Notes: generated from the letters alone by a model not told the origin. 64,000 nt of DNA from Patescibacteria group bacterium (GCA_034520665.1 JAXHNJ010000001.1:194579-258578); one strand, 5' to 3'; positions 8,558 through 17,853 are shown, counted from the stretch's first letter. Numbers and translations: made by a program.

Positions 8558-10027
8558 TTACATATAGGGCACGATTAAAGTTAAAATAAAAAACAGAAAA
8601 GAAAGAAATGAATCAACTTTTTTCTTTTTAATAAGATGCTGCTCATGGTGCCAAATATGCCAGAGCTTAGGAGTCATGATAGCAATTTCGGCTAAAAATA
8701 GTATTATCAATAAAGAAAGGATTTTTGAGCTGTGTTTAACGTCTTTTACTCCTTTAACCTGACTGTTGATAGCCAAGCGGGTATTTTGATTATAATTATA
8801 AGCTAATTTTACATTTTGACTGTTGTAAGAGCGGTCTTCAAAAGTAAGCGCTTGATAATTTTTAAAATTATGAGGCAGAAATTGGTTTTGGTTCTGTTTT
8901 ATAAAAAGATTATTTTTAAAGTAGTGAAAACGAATGGTCTGGTTGTTTTTGATCAGAACCAGTCTTTCAGTGGCTGGAGAAGCAGCTACAAAAAGATTGT
9001 ATTGATTTAGATTAACTGGGTCCGGAAAAAAGAAGTAATTAGTTATGTGAAGATTTTTATTAGTAGTAAGTTTTGCTGGTTCAGGTGAATTCATCTTTTG
9101 CTGATCTTGTGGCTTGACTTCAGGGACAGAATTTTTGCTCTCTTTATTTTCAACTGGTGGCTGGTTATTTTCTAAAGCAATTACTTTTTTATCTTCTTCT
9201 TTTGTTTGAGTATCGCTTTGATTATTTTCCGGTTTTTTATTTTCTTCTTGTTTTTCAACTTGAACAGCTGGAGCCGGTTTGGGTTCCGGGGTTTCTTCTT
9301 GGTGAGTAATTGTTGATTCAGTCGTGCTGGCTGTGGCAACAACCGGAGGACTTGAAATAGCCTTATCCTGATGGCCAAACATCTGGACAATTAAAATGGT
9401 TGAGTGTCCCTGCAGTTTTCCATTAAGTACAGCCACGCCAATTTCATCATAATCAGAACTTAAAATATTTTCTCGGTGAGTGGGCGAAGCCATCCAGCCT
9501 TGCATGGCCCCGGAAGCGGAAGAAAAATCCATAGCCAAATTTTCACCGGCAAATTTATAGTCGTAACCGGATGAGTGAATAAAATCCCAGGGTTTTTTCC
9601 CGTCAGGTGCGAAATGGGCAAAGTAATCATCGGCTAGCATATCCTTGGCCTTGGCAACGGCCGCCTGGGTGAGATTGGAATTAAGTTTAAGCTGGGGTAA
9701 ATTATGATTAAGCCGTTCTTGGTTAGTCAGATTAATAATGGTCTGGCTGTCAATACCTTGACCAAAAGAAACAAAAGGAAGAAGTAAAAGAGTAGCCAGA
9801 AGCAGGCTGCTCAAACATTTGGCTAGATGAATTTTTTTAAAAAGATGGAAGGGATGTTTTAATTCTTTAAATCGGTTCCCGGGAGTCTTTAGACGAAAAT
9901 GGCCGCCTTTATTTTCAGCCATTAAAAAAGGTACTACTTCCACCTCCTTGTATTTGTTTTTCATTTTTGTTTTTATTTTGGCAAAAAAGGTGATAATAAA
10001 AAAAAGCGTTTTTTGACAAAAACACAA
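8558..10027 (-). CDS. secreted CAP/SCP (YkwD-like) domain protein with P/T/E/K-rich linker and C-terminal TM segment
   Basis: YkwD/CAP signature block NQERLNHNLPQL...YFAHFAPDG...GENLAMDFSSASGAMQGWMASPTHRENIL...GVAV. The longest ORF overlaps its own promoter-like sequence (TTGTCA...tattat); the likely start is Met22 (9964) or Met36. Confidence 0.7.
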   Translation of the reverse strand: MCFCQKTLFFIITFFAKIKTKMKNKYKEVEVVPFLMAENKGGHFRLKTPGNRFKELKHPFHLFKKIHLAKCLSSLLLATLLLLPFVSFGQGIDSQTIINLTNQERLNHNLPQLKLNSNLTQAAVAKAKDMLADDYFAHFAPDGKKPWDFIHSSGYDYKFAGENLAMDFSSASGAMQGWMASPTHRENILSSDYDEIGVAVLNGKLQGHSTILIVQMFGHQDKAISSPPVVATASTTESTITHQEETPEPKPAPAVQVEKQEENKKPENNQSDTQTKEEDKKVIALENNQPPVENKESKNSVPEVKPQDQQKMNSPEPAKLTTNKNLHITNYFFFPDPVNLNQYNLFVAASPATERLVLIKNNQTIRFHYFKNNLFIKQNQNQFLPHNFKNYQALTFEDRSYNSQNVKLAYNYNQNTRLAINSQVKGVKDVKHSSKILSLLIILFLAEIAIMTPKLWHIWHHEQHLIKKKKVDSFLSFLFFILTLIVPYM

Positions 10028-10499
10028 TTTTTATAGACCCTTATAGGAAAACAAATTTTTCTAGCCAAGACACTAAATTTTGATTATACTTTTTTGTTTA
10101 TGACCTCCCGTATGCTGTACTCATGATAATGGGGGGTAGTATTTTCTATATTTTTGTTTTTGTTTTTAGTATCTTTACTATGCAGTAAGTATAGCATAGA
10201 TTTGGAGAAAAGTCAATCCCAAATCCATTATAGTCTCACACCATTTACTCTCTTAATAAAAATTTAATGGCAAGAAGGCTAGACGGAGATAAATCTTTTG
10301 CCTACTTCAAAGTTTAGAATAATTCGGGTAGAGGCGAGCTCTTTTTATTATAAATACTAAAATAATTTTCAAAAAGCTAAATTCTCTAAAATTATTAATC
10401 TGTCTTCATTAAAGAATCATTTAAATAATAATTTTTAAAACTAGAATATTTATAATCTTCCGGACTTTTAAAGCTTTTTTAAAAGACGCTATTATTTTA

Positions 10500-10720
10500 T
10501 CGCGAGAAGAACTGGTCTCCAGACCTGTTCTGGCAATATATTTACTAAGCTCAAGGTCGAGTGACTCGAGAAGGTTGGATCTCCTGATCCAACCGAATAA
10601 GGTGGCGCGGATCAGGAGATCCGCGCTTCTCGGGTAATTTTAAGGGCTTCCTTGACAGTTTGTTTTATACTAGGTAGAGGCAGGTCATGGCTCGCCTCTA
10701 GGCCTGGTTCATTAATATTA
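10500..10720. other. highly structured intergenic element (nested and mutually exclusive hairpins); candidate ncRNA or regulatory/recombination site
   Basis: gaactggtct/agacctgttc dyad. An outer stem cgagaag/cttctcg encloses two 9-bp hairpins, ggttggatc-tcct-gatccaacc and gcgcggatc-agga-gatccgcgc. Their loops and stems can alternatively pair with each other: ggatctcctgatcc is the reverse complement of ggatcaggagatcc. A further dyad is tagaggc/gcctcta. Confidence 0.35.
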
Positions 10721-10878
10721 AAAATAAATTTAAACAAAAGCATAATATTTGAATATTTAATATATAGCGGGAATAGGGATTCCTATCTACGCAGCTTTAT
10801 TTAAACGCAGAGATAAGTCCTTGCTTTTGCGAAAACAAACCTCTTCATCCGCGTAGCTGGAGATTTATCTCCAGATTC

Positions 10879-10910
10879 AAATCGCCGGATAAATCCGGCG
10901 CCAGAGAGAT
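10879..10910. repeat. module B' (inverted copy of 1746..1778)
   Basis: See module B. Confidence 0.7.
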
Positions 10911-10926
10911 TAGAATAATATTATTT

Positions 10927-10984
10927 CCTGGCGCAACATTTATGTGGCGAAATTTTAAAAAAGATTTATCCGCCAGTATAAAAC
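10927..10984. repeat. module A' (inverted copy of 1909..1963)
   Basis: See module A. Confidence 0.65.
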
Positions 10985-11077
10985 TTAACCCCATAAATCT
11001 CTTGATTCATTATACAGACTTTCGCTTGCTTCAAAAGGTAAAATAAGGTAAATTATAAATATAGATAAACAAAACTT

Positions 11078-11701
11078 ATGAAACATTTAGTCGAAAAATT
11101 AAAAAGAGAGGGGATACTGAAAACCCCGCGAATTATTAAAGCTTTTACAGAGATCAATCGGGCTGATTTTATGCTGGAAGAATTTAAGGATGATTATGAA
11201 GAGGATATTCCCATGTCAATAAATTACGGTCAGACTATTTCTCAACCCCTAACCGTGGCTTTTATGCTAGAGTTACTGCAGCCCCAAGAAGGGGATAGGA
11301 TTATGGATGTTGGTTCGGGTTCAGCCTGGAGCAGTGCCTTATTGGCTTATATAGTCGGTGAAGAGGGTAAGGTTTATGCAGTAGAAAGAATTCCCCAGCT
11401 AAAAACTTTTGGCGAGAATAATTTGAAAAAATACGGCTTTTCTAATATTGAATTATTTTGCGGGGACGGCACTCGGGGTTTGGCTGAATTTGCTCCCTTT
11501 AATTGTATTCAGGTAGCCGCGGCCGCCCAGAAAAAAATTCCTGAATCTCTGAAAGAACAACTAGAGATTGGCGGTCGTTTAGTGATACCTGTGGGGCAGG
11601 GCAGTCAGGAGATGATTCTTTTGACTAAGAAAACCAAGAATAATTTTAAAGAAGAAAAATATCCTGGCTTTCAGTTTGTGCCTTTGATTGAAGAAGAATA
11701 A
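11078..11701 (+). CDS. pcm: protein-L-isoaspartate O-methyltransferase
   Basis: 207 aa. PCMT motifs: ISQP substrate region, VGSGSAWSSALLA (SAM-binding motif I), C-terminal LxIPVG. Confidence 0.8.
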   Translation: MKHLVEKLKREGILKTPRIIKAFTEINRADFMLEEFKDDYEEDIPMSINYGQTISQPLTVAFMLELLQPQEGDRIMDVGSGSAWSSALLAYIVGEEGKVYAVERIPQLKTFGENNLKKYGFSNIELFCGDGTRGLAEFAPFNCIQVAAAAQKKIPESLKEQLEIGGRLVIPVGQGSQEMILLTKKTKNNFKEEKYPGFQFVPLIEEE

Positions 11702-11775
11702 AAACCACGAATTTATCAATCACTAATCTCACTAATATTTATTCTCTTTTTAATAGAGTCTAAACAATTTAAATT

Positions 11776-12852
11776 ATGAAAGTAATTATATTGGCCGGCG
11801 GCGGCGGTACCAGGCTCTGGCCGGTCAGCCGTAAAAAAAGTCCCAAGCAGTCCCAGAAGATTTTGGGTCAAGAAACATTGCTGCAAAAAACCTTTAAGCG
11901 TCTGAAAAAAGGTTTGAATTTGAATAGTATTTATATTTCTACTGGTCAAGATTATTATCAGGAAGTAAAAAAACAAATTCCAGCTTTAAAAAAATCCCAG
12001 TATATATTAGAACCCCAGGCTAAAAACACGGCGGCTGCTATTGGTCTAGCCGCTTGTATTTTGCATAAAAAAAACCCGGAAGAAATAATGGTTATGGCTA
12101 ACGCTGATCATTATATTGATAAAGAAGCTGAATATATTAGAGTTTTAAAAACAGCCGAAAAAGCAGTTCAAAAATATCCAAACCAAACCGTATTAATCGG
12201 CCTTAAGCCGGAGTATCCGGAAACCGGCTATGGTTATATTAAATTTTCTTCTCTTAAAGATAAGATCGGAAAATATAAAATTTATCAAGGAGATAGATTT
12301 GTTGAAAAACCGGATCATAAAAAAGCCAAGCAATACATTAAAAAAGGCCATTACCTCTGGAATCCGGCTATGTTTTGCTGGCGGGTGGAGCATTTATTAA
12401 ATTTATTTAAAAAACATTTACCGGCCCATTACCAGTCTTTAATGAAAATTCAAAAAGCCCGGGGCACCAAAAAAGAAAAGTCTACATTAGAAAAAGAATT
12501 TAAAAAGATGAAAAATATTTCTATAGACTTTGGCTTGATGGAAAAAATAAAAAAGATGCTGGTTATTCCGGCTTCTTTTGGCTGGATTGATGTTGGCAGC
12601 TGGCGTAGTGTCAAGGAAATACTATCAAAAAACCCGGGCGAAAATGTTATCCGAGGTAATCATATCGGCGTGGACACCAAAGGTACCATGGTTTATAATT
12701 TATCCCAGCAACTCATTGCCACGGCCGGAGTCGAGGATATGATAATTATTAATACCAGTGATGCTATTTTAGTTTGTCCTCTGGACCAGGCGCAAAAGGT
12801 TAAAAAAATCGTGGCCAGGTTGAAAAAACAAAATAAGAATAAATATTTATAA
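11776..12852 (+). CDS. sugar-phosphate nucleotidyltransferase (mannose-1-phosphate guanylyltransferase-like)
   Basis: N-terminus MKVIILAGGGGTRLWPVSR is the G-x-G-T-R-L-W-P signature of ManC/GMP-type nucleotidyltransferases. About 358 aa without an isomerase domain. Confidence 0.7.
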   Translation: MKVIILAGGGGTRLWPVSRKKSPKQSQKILGQETLLQKTFKRLKKGLNLNSIYISTGQDYYQEVKKQIPALKKSQYILEPQAKNTAAAIGLAACILHKKNPEEIMVMANADHYIDKEAEYIRVLKTAEKAVQKYPNQTVLIGLKPEYPETGYGYIKFSSLKDKIGKYKIYQGDRFVEKPDHKKAKQYIKKGHYLWNPAMFCWRVEHLLNLFKKHLPAHYQSLMKIQKARGTKKEKSTLEKEFKKMKNISIDFGLMEKIKKMLVIPASFGWIDVGSWRSVKEILSKNPGENVIRGNHIGVDTKGTMVYNLSQQLIATAGVEDMIIINTSDAILVCPLDQAQKVKKIVARLKKQNKNKYL

Positions 12853-13884
12853 ATGTCACCTCGTAAAAAAATTTATTATATTTCTATCTCTCTAGTATTA
12901 GTTTTGGTGCTAGTGATTTTTTATTTTGTTAATTTAATTTCCACGCCAGCCTCAGATGAAAATTTAGAAAAAGAAATAATTATTAAAAAAGGCGAAGGTC
13001 TCTCAACCATTGCCGAGGTTTTAGAAGCCAAGCATTTAATTAATAATGTAACCGCTTTTAAAATATATGCTTTTATTGAAGGTGTGGCTTCCAAACTACA
13101 GGCCGGTACTTATAAACTTTCTACTAGTATGACGGTTAAAGATATAGTACAGGTCTTAAGTCAGGGAAAATTACTTTCCAACGAAAGAACTATTAAAATT
13201 TTAGAGGGATGGAATAACCAGGAAATTGCTGATTATCTGGCAGAAAATGAGATTGTGGCCAAAGATGATTTTTTAACAGCCGCCGGAGTAACTAATTCCC
13301 AGGAGATATTACCAGATGAAAGTTATGATTTTTTAAGTGATAAAGATGAATCAGTAGATTTAGAAGGTTATCTTTACCCGGATACTTACCGTATTTATAA
13401 AGATTCTGAGGCCAAAGATATTATTAAAAAAATGCTGGATAATTTTGGTGATAAATTAACCAGTGATTTAAGAGTAGAAGTAGAAAATCAGGACAAAACT
13501 ATTTTTGAGATTGTTACCCTAGCTTCAATATTAGAAAAAGAGTTGGAAAAATATGAGGATAAGCAGATGGCAGCCGATCTTTTTTACCGACGGATGGAGA
13601 TGGGTATGCCGCTTCAGTCAGACGCTACCGTTAATTATGCCACTGGCAAATCTGAAAGACAGCCAACCTATTCTGACTTAGAAGTTGACTCACGCTATAA
13701 TACATATAAATACCAGGGCTTGCCACCGGGTCCAATTTGTAATCCTTCCATTGAATCCATCAAAGCGGCCATATATCCTGTTGATAATGAGTATTACTAT
13801 TACTTGCACCCGGAAGACGGGGAAACAGTCTGGTCACGCACCGGTGAAGAACACGCCGAAAACAAGGCCCGGTATTTGGATTAA
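12853..13884 (+). CDS. mltG: endolytic murein transglycosylase MltG (YceG-like)
   Basis: N-terminal TM anchor, LysM-like region, and a C-terminal YceG block YNTYKYQGLPPGPICNPSIESIKAAIYP...YYYLHPEDGE. Confidence 0.8.
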   Translation: MSPRKKIYYISISLVLVLVLVIFYFVNLISTPASDENLEKEIIIKKGEGLSTIAEVLEAKHLINNVTAFKIYAFIEGVASKLQAGTYKLSTSMTVKDIVQVLSQGKLLSNERTIKILEGWNNQEIADYLAENEIVAKDDFLTAAGVTNSQEILPDESYDFLSDKDESVDLEGYLYPDTYRIYKDSEAKDIIKKMLDNFGDKLTSDLRVEVENQDKTIFEIVTLASILEKELEKYEDKQMAADLFYRRMEMGMPLQSDATVNYATGKSERQPTYSDLEVDSRYNTYKYQGLPPGPICNPSIESIKAAIYPVDNEYYYYLHPEDGETVWSRTGEEHAENKARYLD

Positions 13885-14043
13885 TATTAAATATAGCCTT
13901 GACATAAACTGATTTTTGGTTTATTTTATATTGATAGTGTAATTATTGTAGTTAATCAAAAAAAAGCAAGAAAGGAGGAAAATCTTAATTTTTGGTTAAT
14001 TAGTTAGATGGTTCTTTTTAAACTTACCTAAGGGGAGGTTTTT

Positions 14044-14727
14044 TTGATGAAAACTACTGCGATTATCATGTTTGTCCTTCTTTTCGCTTGTTCGGTTTCG
14101 GCCGATTGTCTCTATCCGCCCAATGACGGGATCTACACCACCACTGATGAGACCATACTCGGCGGCCGGGCTTCCGAAGCCTGGTGCTCGGGCAATCCTG
14201 GACAGGCCGGCAACACAATCAACGCCATGTCCTGGAACGGAACAACTCTGGCCGGGCAATGGAAAGTCTGGGGAATGATCAGTGAGGGAGCCGTAGAAAC
14301 GGCCCGTGATATTGATGAAAATGGCACCGGCTGGATAGATTACGTTACCGACTACAATGAAGGCCGGTTCTGGCTGGACGGCGAAACATTCGGCAGCGGT
14401 TTAATGGATTACCAGGGGGATATCAGTTACTTCAATGTTTCAACCCGGGTGAGCTATGTTGGTGGCGAAATGATCGGTGTCACTTCCAATATTCTCTTTA
14501 CCGGGATTTTTGACGACTGCGGCTGTGCTATCGAGTACGCCATTACCAACGCCATGCTGGTTTGGCAAACCGGCCAGCCCAATCAGCCGGCGGATTATCC
14601 GCCCTTCTTGTGCGCAGCCAATTCCGGCGAGTTTTTTGACATCTGCTGCATCCAGGCAAAGATTTACTGCGACCCGATCAGCACCGATGATTCAAGCTGG
14701 GGGGCGATCAAAGGCCTCTATAAGTAG
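14044..14727 (+). CDS. Cys-rich secreted protein or lipoprotein of unknown function, encoded in a high-GC island
   Basis: Strong RBS aaggggagg upstream. Signal peptide MMKTTAIIMFVLLFAC(SVSA). About 52% GC versus about 33% for the surrounding sequence. Multiple overlapping spurious ORFs on other frames are typical of GC-rich DNA. Confidence 0.6.
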   Translation: MMKTTAIIMFVLLFACSVSADCLYPPNDGIYTTTDETILGGRASEAWCSGNPGQAGNTINAMSWNGTTLAGQWKVWGMISEGAVETARDIDENGTGWIDYVTDYNEGRFWLDGETFGSGLMDYQGDISYFNVSTRVSYVGGEMIGVTSNILFTGIFDDCGCAIEYAITNAMLVWQTGQPNQPADYPPFLCAANSGEFFDICCIQAKIYCDPISTDDSSWGAIKGLYK

Positions 14728-14747
14728 CCATTTTTTTACGCAAAAGC

Positions 14748-14779
14748 AAACCCGCTCAATCTTTGAGCGGGTTTTTTCT
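14748..14779. terminator. bidirectional intrinsic terminator
   Basis: aaacccgctcaa-tct-ttgagcgggttttttc: a 12-bp near-perfect stem with T-run, lying between convergent genes. Confidence 0.8.
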
Positions 14780-14799
14780 ATTTGAGAAAAGCACTCTTT

Positions 14800-15474
14800 T
14801 TAAAACCGATCCGGATAATTAGAAAAAAGTCCGTCGACTCCCAAGTTTTTCATTCTCTCGATATCATCTTTATCATTTACTGTCCAGACAAATATTTTTA
14901 AGCCTCGCGCATGAGCGTCATCAACAAATTCCTGGTTAATAAATTCCAAGTTTGGATTAATCGAATAAGTTCCCATTTTCTCGGCCAAAGTAGCGTAGTC
15001 AGCCGGCATGCCGCAGAGAAGAGCGCCAATTTTAATTTTTGGCTGAAGTTTTTTAATTTTTTGCAGTTCAATATGATTAAATGAACTAATTATAAAATCT
15101 TCATCACTCCAGCCTTTATTTTTGTATTGATTGATTATTTGGGCAACTGATTGGGCTGTGTTTTCTTCTTTAAGTTCAATATTAACGGGTACTTTTTTAT
15201 CAATTAAATCAAGGACTTGTCTTAAGGTAGGAATTTTTTCACCGGCTACGGCCTCCAGCTTTTTTAATTCTTTTAAAGTTTTTTCCCAGACATAACCATG
15301 GCCATTTGTGGTTCGGTCAACTTTATCATCATGCATAACAACTAATTCTTCGCTGTGACATTGATAAACATCCAGCTCTATCATATCAACTTTTAGGTCA
15401 AGTGCTTTTTGAAAAGAGGCTAAAGTGTTTTCCGGAGCGTAACCGGCGGCGCCTCTGTGTCCAATTTTAAACAT
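14800..15474 (-). CDS. glycerophosphodiester phosphodiesterase (GDPD family)
   Basis: MFKIGHRGAAGYAPENTLASF...DMIELDVYQ...VVMHD: the HRG...E.D...H.D catalytic signature of GlpQ/UgpQ. Confidence 0.8.
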   Translation of the reverse strand: MFKIGHRGAAGYAPENTLASFQKALDLKVDMIELDVYQCHSEELVVMHDDKVDRTTNGHGYVWEKTLKELKKLEAVAGEKIPTLRQVLDLIDKKVPVNIELKEENTAQSVAQIINQYKNKGWSDEDFIISSFNHIELQKIKKLQPKIKIGALLCGMPADYATLAEKMGTYSINPNLEFINQEFVDDAHARGLKIFVWTVNDKDDIERMKNLGVDGLFSNYPDRF

Positions 15475-15512
15475 ATTTTTTTATTATTATTTATATGTTA
15501 TTATTATAACAT

Positions 15513-16199
15513 ATGAAAACAAAAAAAACTCATATTATTTCACTCGGTGGTTCAATAATTGTGCCGGATAAAATCAATATCACTTTTCTTAAAAAATTCA
15601 GGAAAATGATTTTATCTTTAGTCAAAAAAGGCCATCGATTTGTTATTGTTACGGGAGGAGGGAATACCGGAAGAGTTTATAATCAGGCGGCTAAAAAAAT
15701 TGCTAAAATTAAAGATATTGACCTTGATTGGCTGGGTATCGCGGCTACTAAAATGAACGCGGAATTTATTCGGGTTATTTTTTCGGACTCTGCTTTTAAA
15801 AAAGTTATTACTAATCCAACTAAAAAAGTAAAAACAAATAAGAAAATTATTATTGGCTCTGGCTGGCGCCCGGGCTGCTCTTCGGATAAAGACACGGTTT
15901 TATTGGCCAAGCAGTTTAAAGCCAAAACTGTGATCAATCTTTTTGATAAAGATTATGTTTATGATAAAGATCCGGATAAATATAAAACAGCCCGCCCCCT
16001 CAAAGAAATTTCCTGGTCTGATTATTTAAAGATTATCGGCACTCAGTGGTCACCGCGTCTTTCCACACCCTTTGACCCGGAAGCTTCTAAGTTGGCTAAA
16101 AAGCATAAAATAAAAGTAATTATTATCAAAGGGACTAATTTAAAAAATTTGAAAAATTATTTATCCGGTAAAAAATATAAAGGAACGATCATTAAATAA
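15513..16199 (+). CDS. amino-acid-kinase-family protein, probable archaeal-type UMP kinase (PyrH-like)
   Basis: 228 aa. ISLGGSII (glycine-rich N-terminus) and VIVTGGGNTGRVY motif of the aspartokinase/UMP-kinase fold. Length matches archaeal-type UMPK. Confidence 0.5.
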   Translation: MKTKKTHIISLGGSIIVPDKINITFLKKFRKMILSLVKKGHRFVIVTGGGNTGRVYNQAAKKIAKIKDIDLDWLGIAATKMNAEFIRVIFSDSAFKKVITNPTKKVKTNKKIIIGSGWRPGCSSDKDTVLLAKQFKAKTVINLFDKDYVYDKDPDKYKTARPLKEISWSDYLKIIGTQWSPRLSTPFDPEASKLAKKHKIKVIIIKGTNLKNLKNYLSGKKYKGTIIK

Positions 16200-16477
16200 T
16201 GATAAAATTTCTTCATATAATAAATATTGTTTTATTTCTGGTTAGTATAATTATTCCGCCGCTTGATATAGCTTGTCCGGCCAGAAAAGCAGTAAACATA
16301 ACTATGTTTTGTTTATTGGCGGTAGTTTTATTGGTAGATTTGTTTTTTATATTTTACTTTAATAAAAAAGAAAAAACCACTCATAAAAATTTAAGATATT
16401 TATTTATTTTTTACTTTTGTTTAATACTGGTTTTTGGCTCAATATTTTTTCTCTGGAGTCTTAGTTTAGTCTGTTAA
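16199..16477 (+). CDS. small membrane protein (3 TM), unknown function
   Basis: 92 aa, hydrophobic. Start overlaps the stop of the upstream gene. Confidence 0.35.
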   Translation: MIKFLHIINIVLFLVSIIIPPLDIACPARKAVNITMFCLLAVVLLVDLFFIFYFNKKEKTTHKNLRYLFIFYFCLILVFGSIFFLWSLSLVC

Positions 16478-16501
16478 ATTTAATTAACTAAATACAAATT
16501 T

Positions 16502-17308
16502 ATGGAAAACATTAAAACTCAGAGCGAGGCCTTAATTGACGACGGCCAAAGACGGAAGTTTAAAAATCTAAGAATTTTTAACTTAGTCATGTTCTTTTTT
16601 CACGCGGTTCAAGGGGTTTTAATGCTGATTTTATCTTCTGATTTTGCTTTACCAGTAACTTCCAGTTTTGTGGAAATGAATCAAGCCACTAGTAAACTGG
16701 CCCCTGTTTTAAAGACCGAATTTACTTTAGAAATTGGGCCACTGGTGGCTGGATTTTTGTTTTTGTCAGCTCTGGCTCATTTATTAGTATCCACGGTTTT
16801 TTATAAGTGGTATGTTAGAAATTTAAAGAAGGGGATAAATCCGGCCCGTTGGATTGAGTATTCTTTTTCAGCGTCTTTAATGATTGTGGTTATTTCTATG
16901 TTAGTTGGTATTTATGATGGTGTGGCTTTAATTTTAATTTTCTTTTTGAACGTTATGATGATTCTTTTTGGCTGGGTCATGGAAGTGCATAATCAAACCA
17001 CAAAAAAAACCAATTGGCTTTCTTATATCTTTGGCTGTCTAGCCGGCGCTATTCCCTGGATAGCTATAGCCATTTATTTATTCAGTGCCGGCGAAGGGGA
17101 TAACAAGGCGCCGACTTTTGTCTACTGGATTTTCTTTTCTATCTTTATTTTCTTTAATATTTTTGCCATTAATATGATTTTACAGTACAAAAAAACTGGT
17201 AAATGGAGAGATTATCTTTTTGGCGAGAAAGTTTATATTATTTTAAGCCTGGTGGCCAAGACACTTTTAGCCTGGCAGGTTTTTGCTGGTACTTTAAGGC
17301 CAGTGTAG
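16502..17308 (+). CDS. heliorhodopsin (7-TM retinal protein)
   Basis: 268 aa, 7 TM. Segments closely match the heliorhodopsin 48C12 sequence as I recall it: RWIEYSFSASLMIV, MILFGW, GCLAGAIPWIAIAIYLF, ILSLVAKTLLAWQVFAGTLRPV (Schiff-base Lys in SLVAK on TM7). Confidence 0.8.
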   Translation: MENIKTQSEALIDDGQRRKFKNLRIFNLVMFFFHAVQGVLMLILSSDFALPVTSSFVEMNQATSKLAPVLKTEFTLEIGPLVAGFLFLSALAHLLVSTVFYKWYVRNLKKGINPARWIEYSFSASLMIVVISMLVGIYDGVALILIFFLNVMMILFGWVMEVHNQTTKKTNWLSYIFGCLAGAIPWIAIAIYLFSAGEGDNKAPTFVYWIFFSIFIFFNIFAINMILQYKKTGKWRDYLFGEKVYIILSLVAKTLLAWQVFAGTLRPV

Positions 17309-17432
17309 GGAATGTAGAAGTCGTTGAAGGCGTTGAAGGTGTTCAAAGCGTCTTTAGGTTTTAATTTTGACTAGTCTCTAAGCGACTTTAACAAGCAAAA
17401 TCAATTTAACAATTTTATCCATTAAACATTCT

Positions 17433-17765
17433 ATGCGTATCTGGGATATTGACCCAAAATATTTATGCCGCCAGCATTTGCTGGGCGAGCACCGGGAGCT
17501 TCATGCTATTTGGACTATTTTGACTAAAAATAAAAAAGGCTATTCTCATCATCCGGAAACCTTAAGATGGCGAGGCAAACTCAAGGCGTTGTTTAATCGC
17601 CACGAAAAAATATTAAAAGAAATGAAAAAAAGAGGCTACCAGGAAGCCTCGCCCTTGAATAAAAAATTAGCTAAGGGTAAGACCCGGCAGGATGTTTTTA
17701 TAAATACTAAAAAGGAACAAAAAGAAATTTTAAAGAAAAAGAAATGCGGGTGTTTTAGTAATTAA
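17433..17765 (+). CDS. pyrimidine-dimer DNA glycosylase (T4 endonuclease V / DenV family)
   Basis: 110 aa. LCRQHLLGEHRELHAIW aligns with T4 DenV LADQHLMAEYRELPRVF. C-terminal ...KILKEMKKRGY aligns with DenV ...IAECLKRGF. Confidence 0.6.
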   Translation: MRIWDIDPKYLCRQHLLGEHRELHAIWTILTKNKKGYSHHPETLRWRGKLKALFNRHEKILKEMKKRGYQEASPLNKKLAKGKTRQDVFINTKKEQKEILKKKKCGCFSN

Positions 17766-17853
17766 TTTTTTTGACAGAGATAAAAATTTATGTTAATAAA
17801 TTATCATAGATAGTTTTATTTAATTTGTTCATTTTATTTAAGGAGGTAGCTTC

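Noticed and set aside
11716-11976. 86-aa minus-strand ORF overlapping the nucleotidyltransferase start
   Set aside because: Antisense to a well-supported CDS (GGGGTRLWP motif). No independent support.
13996-14785. Several overlapping ORFs on both strands (13996..14259 -, 14072..14278 +, 14133..14327 -, 14477..14785 +)
   Set aside because: These are by-products of the locally high GC content, which carries few stop codons. Only the 14044..14727 frame has an RBS, a signal peptide and a terminator.
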